Of a stretch of 64,000 bases of DNA, positions 9,752-18,402 are shown piece after piece; the first letter of the stretch is position 1, and every line of letters begins with the position of its first letter. Both the position numbers and the translations under genes were made by a program. The notes beneath the pieces are model-generated. The model did no database searches. It was not told the DNA's origin and saw only the letters and a list, made by a program, of their open reading frames with translations. The stretch lies in NCBI GenBank assembly GCA_041500865.1, contig JBGQMY010000003.1, positions 1 to 64,000 on the forward strand, in the 5' to 3' direction. Source of the DNA: Candidatus Micrarchaeia archaeon. Its GTDB lineage: Archaea > Micrarchaeota > Micrarchaeia > Anstonellales > J096.

Positions 9752-10324
9752 TCAGGAGGAAATGCACATGTCAAATGCGGAAAGGAACGTGGGGACCGGT
9801 TCTTTGCCGAATAGATTTTGCAGGCGTTCTATGCGCCCAAGATATGCCATGACCTGGTTTCTACCTACATGTCCAGCAACCATGCGCGCAGTGCGTTGGT
9901 TCTGGCTCTCTTCTATGTTGATGTCCGCGCCGCGCCCAGCCAAGAACTTGCATGCCTCAATGCGGCCCCAGATTGCCGTATATATAAGTGCCGTCCTGTT
10001 GTAATTGTCAGTTGCGTTTATATCCGCGCCTTTTTCCAGCAATAGCGCGCATGTTTCGGTGCGGCCTTCCCTTGCCGCCCACATCAAAGGAGTCATTATG
10101 CTGCTTTTTGACCTTGCCTCAATGTCTGCGCCCGCGTTGAGGAGCTGCTCGATTTTCATGGTTTCGCCATGATAAGCGGCATTGAAGAGCGCCTGGTCCA
10201 ATTCATCCTGGGTTTTCGCAACGATTGCCGGCTTTTCAGGCTCTAGTTTGCGGAAGCAGATTCTGCGCAGTGTCTTGATTATTTTGGATTCCCGCATTTT
10301 TTCCAGTGCGGCCATTCCTGCCAT
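9752..10324 (-). CDS. ankyrin repeat protein, C-terminus CISS
   Basis: TPLMWAAREG, TALIYTAIWG repeats. Confidence 0.9.
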   Translation of the reverse strand: MAGMAALEKMRESKIIKTLRRICFRKLEPEKPAIVAKTQDELDQALFNAAYHGETMKIEQLLNAGADIEARSKSSIMTPLMWAAREGRTETCALLLEKGADINATDNYNRTALIYTAIWGRIEACKFLAGRGADINIEESQNQRTARMVAGHVGRNQVMAYLGRIERLQNLFGKEPVPTFLSAFDMCISS

Positions 10325-10399
10325 GTTCCGGGATTGCGCGATAGATTATAAAAAACCACCTAATGCGCCTTTTTAACACTTTTCATCCCAAACAAATGC

Positions 10400-11758
10400 A
10401 TGCAGGAAAAGCCAATCTTGAATAATGGCGAGCCTAAACAGGCAAGGCAGCCATTGCTGGACAAGGACGCGGCACAAAGGGCGCTGGACTGCGGCCTTAT
10501 CAGCGCAGTGATGGACGGAAAAATCGAAAACGCAAAAAGCCTCGTTGAAATGGGCGCAAGCGTTGAGGCAAAGGACTATTGGGGAAAGACCGCGCTGATG
10601 TGCGCATGCATGCAGGGCCATGAGGATGTCGCCTTGTTTCTTATTGATAACGGCGCCAGCATGAATTCAAAAGACAATGGCGGATGGACGCCGATGATGT
10701 TTGCGGCGAACAATGGATTCAACGAAATAATAGGGATGCTTATTGACAAGGGGGCAGATGCCTATGCGGTGGACAACGCGGGGCACACTGCGCTGATGCA
10801 CGCGGTTCACGAAGAGCGCATTGACGCCGCGAGGTTCATGACAAAAAAGGGATTTGGGCTGAAAACGCACAGGATAAGGTGGATTGACGACATACCTTAT
10901 GCCGCAAGCGAAGGAAGGGAGCTGATGATGAGGTTCCTTGTTGAAGAAGGGGCGAATATCGACGCAGTCGGAGGCATGTTCTCCACGACTGCGCTTGATT
11001 ACGAGATAAGGTGCGGGAACTTCGGATTGGCGAAGTTCCTTTTGGACCATGGCGCCAACATCGACAAAGGAGACAGCTTTGAAAAGACTGTGCTGATTCG
11101 CGCAGTGGAAAACCGCAACATCAAGGCGATGTCGTTCATCCTGGAAAACAAGGCAAATATTGACGCAAGGGAGCAGACCAAGAAGACTGCGCTGATGATT
11201 GCATGTGAAAATGGGCATATGGAAGCGGTCAGGCTCCTTGTCGAGAACAAGGCATCGCTGGATTTGGGGGCGATGACTGCGCTGCTGCATGCATTGCAGA
11301 ATAGGCATGCTGAAGTCGCAAAATTCCTGATAAAGAGCGGCGCAGACGTGAATGCGAAGGACATCAACGGCTTGACTGCGCTCATGTGGGCGTCACCCTG
11401 GGCAGACACGAACATCGCCAGGATGCTTCTGGAAAAAGGCGCCGATGTGAATGCAAGCGACAAGGAAAGAAAGACCGCGCTGATGCACGCAGCCGAAGGC
11501 AGGAACATCGGAACCATAATGTTCCTGGTGGACAACGGGGCATGGATAAACACAAAGGACATATATGAAAGGAATGCCGTGGATTACGCGCTTAGATACG
11601 ACAGCAGCAGGACGGACATGCGCGTGCCGTACACCGATTCGCAGGGCGACGGGATGGAAACTGCAAGATTCCTGAGGTTCGCCCACATGTTCCAGCCCCT
11701 TGTGGGGATAGGACCGCTGAGCGAGCTTGCGCTGGATTTCGCTGCATGCGTTTCGTAA
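10400..11758 (+). CDS. ankyrin repeat protein, C-terminus CVS
   Basis: ~11 ankyrin repeats. Confidence 0.9.
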   Translation: MQEKPILNNGEPKQARQPLLDKDAAQRALDCGLISAVMDGKIENAKSLVEMGASVEAKDYWGKTALMCACMQGHEDVALFLIDNGASMNSKDNGGWTPMMFAANNGFNEIIGMLIDKGADAYAVDNAGHTALMHAVHEERIDAARFMTKKGFGLKTHRIRWIDDIPYAASEGRELMMRFLVEEGANIDAVGGMFSTTALDYEIRCGNFGLAKFLLDHGANIDKGDSFEKTVLIRAVENRNIKAMSFILENKANIDAREQTKKTALMIACENGHMEAVRLLVENKASLDLGAMTALLHALQNRHAEVAKFLIKSGADVNAKDINGLTALMWASPWADTNIARMLLEKGADVNASDKERKTALMHAAEGRNIGTIMFLVDNGAWINTKDIYERNAVDYALRYDSSRTDMRVPYTDSQGDGMETARFLRFAHMFQPLVGIGPLSELALDFAACVS

Positions 11759-11817
11759 GGGAACCAAGGTTCCCTTGACGCTCAACCTTCCTTTTATTTG
11801 GCACTGCGGTGCCCTAA
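11755..11817. repeat. ankyrin-locus intergenic repeat (two hairpins)
   Basis: 5' part matches 63277-63309, 3' part matches 8541-8578. Confidence 0.6.
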
Positions 11818-11853
11818 ATGCTTTTTTCTTTCCCGTAGACGGCTTTCTTTTTC

Positions 11854-11997
11854 GCAAAAATAGCTTCTTTTTTCCCAAGTATTTTTTCTTTGCAAAGGAG
11901 AACTTTTGCGCCAGCAGGCGCCAAACATAGCTTCTTTTGGGGTGAAGGCAAAAATAGTTTCTTTTTCTCCAAGTACTTTTTCTTTTCTAAAGAAAAA
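11854..11997. repeat. degenerate tandem A/T-rich repeat
   Basis: GCAAAAATAG(C/T)TTCTTTTT..CCAAGTA.TTTTTCTTT twice (11854, 11948). Confidence 0.6.
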
Positions 11998-12004
11998 GGA
12001 CTTT

Positions 12005-12140
12005 TGCCAAGGGGGGGACTCGAACCCCCGACCTCTAGATGGCCCAAAGCGTGCCTATCATCGCCGTTTTCCAACGGCTCAGCACTCACAAAAGCGTGTT
12101 TTATGAGTCTAGCGCTCTAAGCCGGCTGAGCTACCTTGGC
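12005..12140 (-). tRNA. tRNA-Met(CAT), elongator type, with 61-nt intron (12041-12101)
   Basis: GCCAAGG/CCTTGGC acceptor stem, CTAGA-CT-CAT-A^A-TCTAG anticodon arm, canonical BHB at 37/38. Confidence 0.92.
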
Positions 12141-12219
12141 TTGCATTAGGGATAGCCATGCATTATTTTTAAAACCCTGCTGTAGCGTTCCGCCTAACGT
12201 ATGTGAACGTCAAAAAACG

Positions 12220-12513
12220 GCAGCAAAATAATGAGCATCCGGACAATGGGCACTCATTGGCAAGCCCAAGGACTTAGCGTTGGGCGGGGGTCGGATTCCC
12301 TCGCGGATGGCCTGCAGCGTGCGCATAAGCGCGCTATCCTGCCCCTTATCTCCAGCCGCCCCTGGGAAGGCCCCTGCCGGCTCGTTGCACCTTATATGCC
12401 AGGCCAGCTCCAGGCGGAAAGGCCCAAACATGCCGTCAAGCCGTATCTAAGCGCCTTGCCAACGAAAACCTGCAGAAAGAGCCTTGGGACAGTGATTTTA
12501 TCGTGCCTGCTGC
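12220..12513 (-). ncRNA. candidate ~295-nt structured non-coding RNA, class unassigned
   Basis: GC-rich intergenic region with nested long-range helices and a possible pseudoknot; T-run downstream. Confidence 0.5.
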
Positions 12514-12542
12514 AAGGCCGATAAAACCCCTTTTCCAATAGG

Positions 12543-13388
12543 CTATTCGCACCTGAATGTCATGGTGTTGCAGAACATGCCGTGCGGGCAGTTGTCGTCG
12601 CTTGCGCACCTGCCCTGCTGGGGCACGCATGTGCTGTTAGGCGCGCAGTACTGCCAGTTGTCGCAGTCTGCGTTGCTGTAGCAGTTTCCGTTCATGACCG
12701 TGCACTTGTGCGTCCTGCTTGCGCAGAACTCCAATGCATTGCAGTCGGAATGGGTGTCGCAGTATCCAAGCGCCGCCTTGCACTTGTGGGACGGCAGCTG
12801 GCACAGCTGCCACGTGCTGCATTCCTCGTCCCCGTTGCAGAAGCCGGACTTCGGCGTGCACATGTGCGTCTTCACTGTGCAGGTCTCCCACGCCTCGCAG
12901 TCGGTGTCCAGGTCGCACCTGTCGGCCATCGGTATGCATCTTTGGAGCGTCGTGTTGCAGTACTGGTACGAGTTGCACTCCGTGTCCTTCGTGCACCTGC
13001 CCGCCTTCAGCTTGCAGACGTGGCCCTTGGTGTCGCAGGAATACAGCGGGTTTGTGCAGTCTTCCTCGACGTTGCACCTGCCTTCAGCCGCTATGCACTT
13101 GTTGGCGGTAGTGTTGCACCATTCCCACAGGTTGCAGTCGGCGTCCTTGCCGCACAGGCCCTGCTTCGCTATGCAGGTGTGCGTCTTGCCGTCGCAGGTC
13201 TGCCAGCCCAGGCAATTGGAGGACGAGTCGCACATGCCAGGCCTTGACTCGCACGCCTTGTCCGTTATGTTGCATGACTGCCAGCTCTTGCATTGGTCGT
13301 CGCCCGTGCAGCTGCCCTGTATGCAGCCGAAAGAAAACATGAATGCCGTTGCTATTGCCGCAATCGCCAAAATTCCTATGTGCTTCAT
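12543..13388 (-). CDS. Cys-rich repeat lipoprotein-like surface protein
   Basis: signal peptide ending FSFG-C, ~10 repeats of ~26 aa C..D.DC..W..C....H.C....G. Confidence 0.8.
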   Translation of the reverse strand: MKHIGILAIAAIATAFMFSFGCIQGSCTGDDQCKSWQSCNITDKACESRPGMCDSSSNCLGWQTCDGKTHTCIAKQGLCGKDADCNLWEWCNTTANKCIAAEGRCNVEEDCTNPLYSCDTKGHVCKLKAGRCTKDTECNSYQYCNTTLQRCIPMADRCDLDTDCEAWETCTVKTHMCTPKSGFCNGDEECSTWQLCQLPSHKCKAALGYCDTHSDCNALEFCASRTHKCTVMNGNCYSNADCDNWQYCAPNSTCVPQQGRCASDDNCPHGMFCNTMTFRCE

Positions 13389-13454
13389 CAAAAATACACC
13401 CTTGCTTAGATTTTTACACAAATGTTTTTAATGGTTTGGAATGGAGTTGGTAAT

Positions 13455-13682
13455 ATGCTTTACAGGATACCCATGGATAGGGGCGCATTCAGCGGCAAAC
13501 TGTTCTACCTTGATAAGGATACGGACGCGCCGTACTGCAAACAGCACGGGGCCATGAACGTCGTAACCGTCGTAAGCAAGAATGGAAAAAAGTACCTGTG
13601 GTACAGGTGCCTCGTCTGCCACATAGGGGTCGTTTACGACAAGGATAACAAGACAAACCAGGGCTGGGCCGAGGCGAGGTAG
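13455..13682 (+). CDS. small zinc-ribbon-like protein
   Basis: CKQH...CLVC; abuts next gene. Confidence 0.6.
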   Translation: MLYRIPMDRGAFSGKLFYLDKDTDAPYCKQHGAMNVVTVVSKNGKKYLWYRCLVCHIGVVYDKDNKTNQGWAEAR

Positions 13683-14081
13683 ATGGACGCTGAAGGCATG
13701 ATGAAGAAGCTCGACGCTTTGAAAATCAAATTCAGCGTTGTCGGAAGCTACGCGCTCATGGCAAACGGCTACAAGGTCAAGCCCAACGACGTTGACATCA
13801 TAGTTGATAAGAAAGATGTTGAAAAGGCGAAATCCGCGCTCTCGGAGTTCGGGGCAGAGGCGGAAGTCTACGAAGGGACGCCAAAATCAAGGGTATTCAC
13901 TCCGCAAGAGTACAAGGAGCTGTTCCTTTCAAAGTTCACCAACGACGACCTCATGATAGAGAAGCTCGCAAGGCACGCGGTTGACGAGCCGAGGCTGCTC
14001 GCGCTTTTTGAGGGAACGGAAATTATGTTCGTACTTGAAAGCATGAAAAAGGATATTGAACGGAAGCTTGCGAAAAAATGA
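13683..14081 (+). CDS. minimal nucleotidyltransferase-fold protein
   Basis: VVGSYAL...NDVDIIV (GS...DxD) motif. Confidence 0.7.
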   Translation: MDAEGMMKKLDALKIKFSVVGSYALMANGYKVKPNDVDIIVDKKDVEKAKSALSEFGAEAEVYEGTPKSRVFTPQEYKELFLSKFTNDDLMIEKLARHAVDEPRLLALFEGTEIMFVLESMKKDIERKLAKK

Positions 14082-14830
14082 GCGCCCTGGACTGGATAGC
14101 TTTGGCCATTGCCGGAATATACTCCAAGCTGCTTTCACTTGTCCAGCACCTTGGCACGCCGCTGCACGAGTCATGCCATTTTGTCGCCGCGTCGCTCGCC
14201 GGCCTAAGGGTCAGTGAGTTTGTGCCGTATTACGCGCTTTCCAAGGACAGGAATGCGCTGAAGGCGCAGGGCGTACTGGGCTATGTCAGGCACGAGAAGG
14301 CAAGGGACGAGGCAGTCAACATAATAGTCGGCGCATCGCCCCTGCTTGCGCTTTGTTTCGTGATACTTCTTGCTGACGCATACCTTGCAGACATGTACGG
14401 GAAGGCGCTTGTCAGCATAGTCGCGCTCGTTTTCCTCACGCCCTCGCGTAAGGATACGTTTGAGGACTTCTCTGACGTGGGGGCCACGATCATGAACATT
14501 CCCCTCATAATATTCATAAGGCTCGTTGGCCTGCTTTTCAACTCAAACGTCTTGCTGGCGATGGCGTTCCACGTTTTGCTGGCAATAGCGGTCCTGCTCC
14601 TTGTCATTGCCATGAAAACGCTTGTCGTCGCGTTCCTGTTCGCGTCGCTCCTCACGCTGCTTTCGTACAGGATGGCAAACGGCATATTGCTGTTCATTTC
14701 CAAGATGCTGTTTTACCTGACATTTCCGCTGTCAACCATTTTCTGGGCCGCGTGCGCAATATCTTATTATTACCTTGGGACAGACTATTTCAGCGCGATA
14801 ATCGGCTATGTCCACGACATCTGGCCGTAA
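14078..14830 (+). CDS. membrane protein, M50-like metalloprotease motif
   Basis: LHESCH (HExxH), GYVRH, GASPL, PS..D and several TM helices. Confidence 0.6.
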   Translation: MSALDWIALAIAGIYSKLLSLVQHLGTPLHESCHFVAASLAGLRVSEFVPYYALSKDRNALKAQGVLGYVRHEKARDEAVNIIVGASPLLALCFVILLADAYLADMYGKALVSIVALVFLTPSRKDTFEDFSDVGATIMNIPLIIFIRLVGLLFNSNVLLAMAFHVLLAIAVLLLVIAMKTLVVAFLFASLLTLLSYRMANGILLFISKMLFYLTFPLSTIFWAACAISYYYLGTDYFSAIIGYVHDIWP

Positions 14831-14838
14831 TACCCCCT

Positions 14839-14915
14839 GAAGCCTTTTTGGAAAAGGCTCCAGCGAAGCTTTTTAGAAAAAAGCTTCAGCAAAAACGGGC
14901 CTTTTTTGGAAAGGC
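14839..14915. repeat. three tandem copies of palindromic repeat family 1 between convergent genes
   Basis: GAAGCCTTTTTGGAAAAGGCT, GAAGCTTTTTAGAAAAAAGCTTC, GCCTTTTTTGGAAAGGC. Confidence 0.6.
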
Positions 14916-14918
14916 GCA

Positions 14919-15947
14919 TCAGTTCATCTGGTCGTAATACTCCTTGAGCCTTCCGTGCATGAGGTAAGGCGCGCTCTTTAGCGACTCTATGTCCCTGCTC
15001 CCCGTAAGGAACATGCAATGCCTGAACTGGCGCGTCCACATATTGACTGTTTCGTCAAGCCTCTTTTCCTTGTGCGCCTTGAGGAAAGGCATGGCTGCCC
15101 CGAACATGTCCGCGCCTATCGCGAATGATTTTGCGCCGTCTATGCCGCTCCTTATGCCGCCTGTCGCGATTATCTTTGCGAACGGGGATGACATGATTAT
15201 TGAAAGCGCCGTTGGTATGCCCCATTCTTCAAACCCCGGAATCTTGCCGTTTCTTAGATACTCGACCTTGCTCCAGCTTGTGCCTCCGGAACCTGCAACG
15301 TCAATCCATTCTATCCCGATTTTGCCAAGCCGGAAAGCAACGCCCTTGACTATGCCGCCGCCGACCTCCTTTACGATGACCGGTATTTTCAGTGCGTCCT
15401 TGAGCGCCGCTATTTTTTCCTGCACGCCTTCCCAGTCCTTGTCGCCTTCAGGCTGAATCAGCTCCTGGAGCGGATTGAGGTGCACGGCAATTGCATCAGC
15501 CTCTATGGATGATGCGGCCTCGTCTATCTTCATTATTTCGTACCTTTTGAGCTGGATTCCGCCGATGTTGCCTATCACAAATGCGCCAGGATGCTCTTTC
15601 TTCACGTAATAGGTGTCCCTAAGATTTGGGTTTTCAACCATCGCCCTCTGGCTTCCGAGGCCCATCGGTATCTTGTACTTTTCCGACATTTCCGCAAACG
15701 CGAGGTTTATGGGCTTCGCGCCCTTGAACCCGCCTGTCATCGCTGAAATCAGCAGCGGATGGCTGAACGCCTTTCCAAGGAACTTCGCCTTTGTCGATAT
15801 TGAATCGTAATTGATTTCAGGCATGGCATTGTAAAGAAGCTCAACGTCGTCCAGGCCAGTGGCCTTGGAATATTGGGATTCCTTCCTCAGCGAGGCGAGG
15901 ATGTGCTCCTCCTTCCTTTTCTCTATCTGGCTCGTGTCCTTGGCCAT
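14919..15947 (-). CDS. fni: type 2 isopentenyl-diphosphate delta-isomerase
   Basis: RKEEH, SAMTGG, GSQR, HLNPLQE..QPEGD, KEVG.G, GGTSW. Confidence 0.95.
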   Translation of the reverse strand: MAKDTSQIEKRKEEHILASLRKESQYSKATGLDDVELLYNAMPEINYDSISTKAKFLGKAFSHPLLISAMTGGFKGAKPINLAFAEMSEKYKIPMGLGSQRAMVENPNLRDTYYVKKEHPGAFVIGNIGGIQLKRYEIMKIDEAASSIEADAIAVHLNPLQELIQPEGDKDWEGVQEKIAALKDALKIPVIVKEVGGGIVKGVAFRLGKIGIEWIDVAGSGGTSWSKVEYLRNGKIPGFEEWGIPTALSIIMSSPFAKIIATGGIRSGIDGAKSFAIGADMFGAAMPFLKAHKEKRLDETVNMWTRQFRHCMFLTGSRDIESLKSAPYLMHGRLKEYYDQMN

Positions 15948-16123
15948 GTTCCTGAATCGGCTGAAAGGGTTTAAAATGCTTCCATGGCCGCGGCTTTGCC
16001 CCTGAACTTCCCTGATTAAGCGACTTTGGGTCCAGAGCCCATGGCGGCCCTGAAGCAAATGGCGGAAATGCCTTTGTTCCAATAAAAATAGGTATTAAAG
16101 CTTTCCGTTGCAATGCTAATAAG

Positions 16124-16849
16124 ATGGTCGAAAACGTAAAAATCGTGCTTTTCAAGGACATGAAGAAGATGGGGCTCAGCAGGCCCAAGTTCATAGTCGG
16201 CTTCCCGACAATCGGGCTTGTCGGCAGTATATCTCTTGCGTATCTTACCAGCACCATGGATTTTGAGTTTGTCGGAACCATAAAAAGCAGCAGGTTCGCG
16301 CCTGTAGTTGCGATACACGACCACAAGCCGATACCGCCATTAAGGATAATGGTGTCCAGCAAGAGCAACCTCGTTGCCATAGTTTCCGAAATGAGCATCC
16401 CGATGACGATGTCGCAGAGCGTGTCTGATGCGATACTTTCGCTGTTCAAGGAGATGGACGGCGAGATGATAGTGGTCTTGGGCGGGATTTCGCTCGGGGA
16501 GAAAAAGGACGGGATTTATTACATTCCCTCGACAGACCGGGCAAAGGCCCTGTGCGAGACAAAGAAGGTCGGCGAAAGCATAAAGGAGGGCGCAACGACA
16601 GGCGTAACGGCATTATTGATTATGGAGACCGCGATGAGGCGGATAAACGCAGTGACGCTTTTGGCAGAGGCAAACCCTGACATAAGCGACCCCAGGGCAA
16701 GCAGCAACATACTCAAGTCCCTTTCAAGGCTGATTGACCTGCCGATAAAGACGGCGGAATTGGACAGGGAGGCAAGGGAAATCAGCGAGCAGGTCAAGGA
16801 AACGGAGCTGAAGTCAGCGCCGTTCCGCGGCGGGGACATGTATCGCTAG
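16124..16849 (+). CDS. proteasome assembly chaperone (PAC2 family)
   Basis: GFPTIGLVGSI, PPLRI, DPRAS. Confidence 0.85.
   Translation: MVENVKIVLFKDMKKMGLSRPKFIVGFPTIGLVGSISLAYLTSTMDFEFVGTIKSSRFAPVVAIHDHKPIPPLRIMVSSKSNLVAIVSEMSIPMTMSQSVSDAILSLFKEMDGEMIVVLGGISLGEKKDGIYYIPSTDRAKALCETKKVGESIKEGATTGVTALLIMETAMRRINAVTLLAEANPDISDPRASSNILKSLSRLIDLPIKTAELDREAREISEQVKETELKSAPFRGGDMYR
16832..16849 (+). repeat. direct repeat, copy 1 (3' end of PAC2 gene)
   Basis: GGGGACATGTATCGCTAG vs GGGGACATGTACCGTTAG at 18320-18337 (16/18). Confidence 0.7.
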
Positions 16850-16881
16850 TGTCCCTTAATTCAAAGGAACTATTTTTTGCG

Positions 16882-17313
16882 CTATACGTTTATGAGCTTT
16901 AGTTGAACCTTGGCGTTTATGTTAATACCTGACGGCACATCCAGCTTAGCCTGCACGAACCAAGGTATGGTTGAGGGATCGCGTATCTTGGATTTGAGAA
17001 AATTTGCCAATGGATTATCCGGCATATCAATTGGGGCAAGGGAGAGCGAGGAAGGAACTGCTATGGAAAATGCGTACACATCCCCGTTGTTGTATATTTT
17101 TTCTCCCGAAATCTGTTGTGGAATCTCGTGAAAGATTTGGGGTGGTCTTCCCTTCCAAACCATCATTTCTCCATGAAAAATTATCTCCAAGCTACGGGCT
17201 TGCAGCGGTTTTGGCAGATTAAGATAAATCTTGCCGTTGATATTCTGCCCTGGCTTGAATTCAAGGCTTTCAAGTTCAATTTTTATGCTGCCATTGTCGC
17301 CAAATCCAAACAT
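16882..17313 (-). CDS. arrestin-N / SpoOM-like beta-sandwich protein
   Basis: IKIEL....FKPGQNINGKIYLNL.KP..AR.L.I.F.G; W.V.AKLDVP; AT-rich. Confidence 0.6.
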   Translation of the reverse strand: MFGFGDNGSIKIELESLEFKPGQNINGKIYLNLPKPLQARSLEIIFHGEMMVWKGRPPQIFHEIPQQISGEKIYNNGDVYAFSIAVPSSLSLAPIDMPDNPLANFLKSKIRDPSTIPWFVQAKLDVPSGININAKVQLKLINV

Positions 17314-17415
17314 GCTGCCACCCATTTTTATATTTACTCGGCCTGTTTTAAAATATGCCGTAATATCTAAATCAATGAGCACATAGTTTTTAAATAAGCG
17401 AAGATATATCTTATC

Positions 17416-18294
17416 ATGGAATTGGCAAAAGTCGATCAGATTTTGTTCGGGATAGTTTTTCTGGCAGGGAGCTTCATGTTTGTATTGATCTCCCTTTGTC
17501 TGACTTTATTACCAGGCGGCTATATCCTTAATTCGCTGCCTGAATGGGTTCTATTGGGAGCATTCTTTATTTTTTTTATCGAGGCAGTAGCATGGTGGCT
17601 AAAGGGAACCCTTGCCATGGACGAAGCAAAGCTTGAACAAAAGAGCGCCACCCTCTGGTCGCAGTTGGGCCGCTTTCGCCAATATTTGGATGCGTTTAGG
17701 GTCGTGATCACTTCAATATTACTCCTGATAATTTTTGGCGTTGCTTTTTATTACATATTCAACAGTCTCAAATCAGGAATGGTCTTCAGAATCCAATTCT
17801 TTGTTTTGCTTGCGACATATGTCTTTTATCTTGTCGTAAGGAGCCCGCTATTGTCATTTCTGGAAAAACTGTTTGCGCCAGCAAGCAAGATGTTCCGCGG
17901 CAACCTGCCAAGCTACACGTTGAATGGCAGTGGGCTGACAATAGATCTTAATATAAGGAATCTATGGGGCCCGTCAGAGAAATATCTGGTTAATATAAAC
18001 TTTGATGAGCTTGATGAGATAAGGACATTCACGTTCCAAGAAGCAAGCACATTCCTTAGATATAAGATAGGTCCTAATGCTGAACTACTGGCAAAGCAAG
18101 CAAAGGGCATGTACAGTTACATGAAACATGAGATACCGAGGCCATCAACCTATATAGTACACGCTACTTCAAGCATCGGCAAAATCGTATTGCTAAGGGG
18201 GCCTGAACTTCTTTATTTTGTCGCTTTTGACAAGGACGACGTCAGCGACCTTCTGGACGCTTTTGAAAAATACAAGAAAAAGGCAGGAAAGTAA
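17416..18294 (+). CDS. hypothetical membrane protein (4 TM plus soluble domain)
   Basis: 292-aa ORF, AT-rich codon usage. Confidence 0.7.
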   Translation: MELAKVDQILFGIVFLAGSFMFVLISLCLTLLPGGYILNSLPEWVLLGAFFIFFIEAVAWWLKGTLAMDEAKLEQKSATLWSQLGRFRQYLDAFRVVITSILLLIIFGVAFYYIFNSLKSGMVFRIQFFVLLATYVFYLVVRSPLLSFLEKLFAPASKMFRGNLPSYTLNGSGLTIDLNIRNLWGPSEKYLVNINFDELDEIRTFTFQEASTFLRYKIGPNAELLAKQAKGMYSYMKHEIPRPSTYIVHATSSIGKIVLLRGPELLYFVAFDKDDVSDLLDAFEKYKKKAGK

Positions 18295-18319
18295 GGTTTT
18301 GCATGCAAAGCCCCAACTA

Positions 18320-18337
18320 GGGGACATGTACCGTTAG
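18320..18337 (+). repeat. direct repeat, copy 2 of PAC2 3' end
   Basis: see 16832-16849. Confidence 0.7.
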
Positions 18338-18402
18338 GCCTTGTTTGAATCAGCTTAAAAAAGAAAGAACTGGGTATCAAGAACACCTGCTTGGTTATTC
18401 TG

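Noticed and set aside
12220..12513. Naming the structured region SRP RNA or RNase P RNA
   Set aside because: Hallmark conserved motifs were not found on either strand, so it is left unassigned.
14919..15947. Functional link between fni and the CaaX-like ankyrin tails
   Set aside because: fni is ordinary archaeal isoprenoid metabolism and proximity alone is not evidence; no prenyltransferase is in the window.
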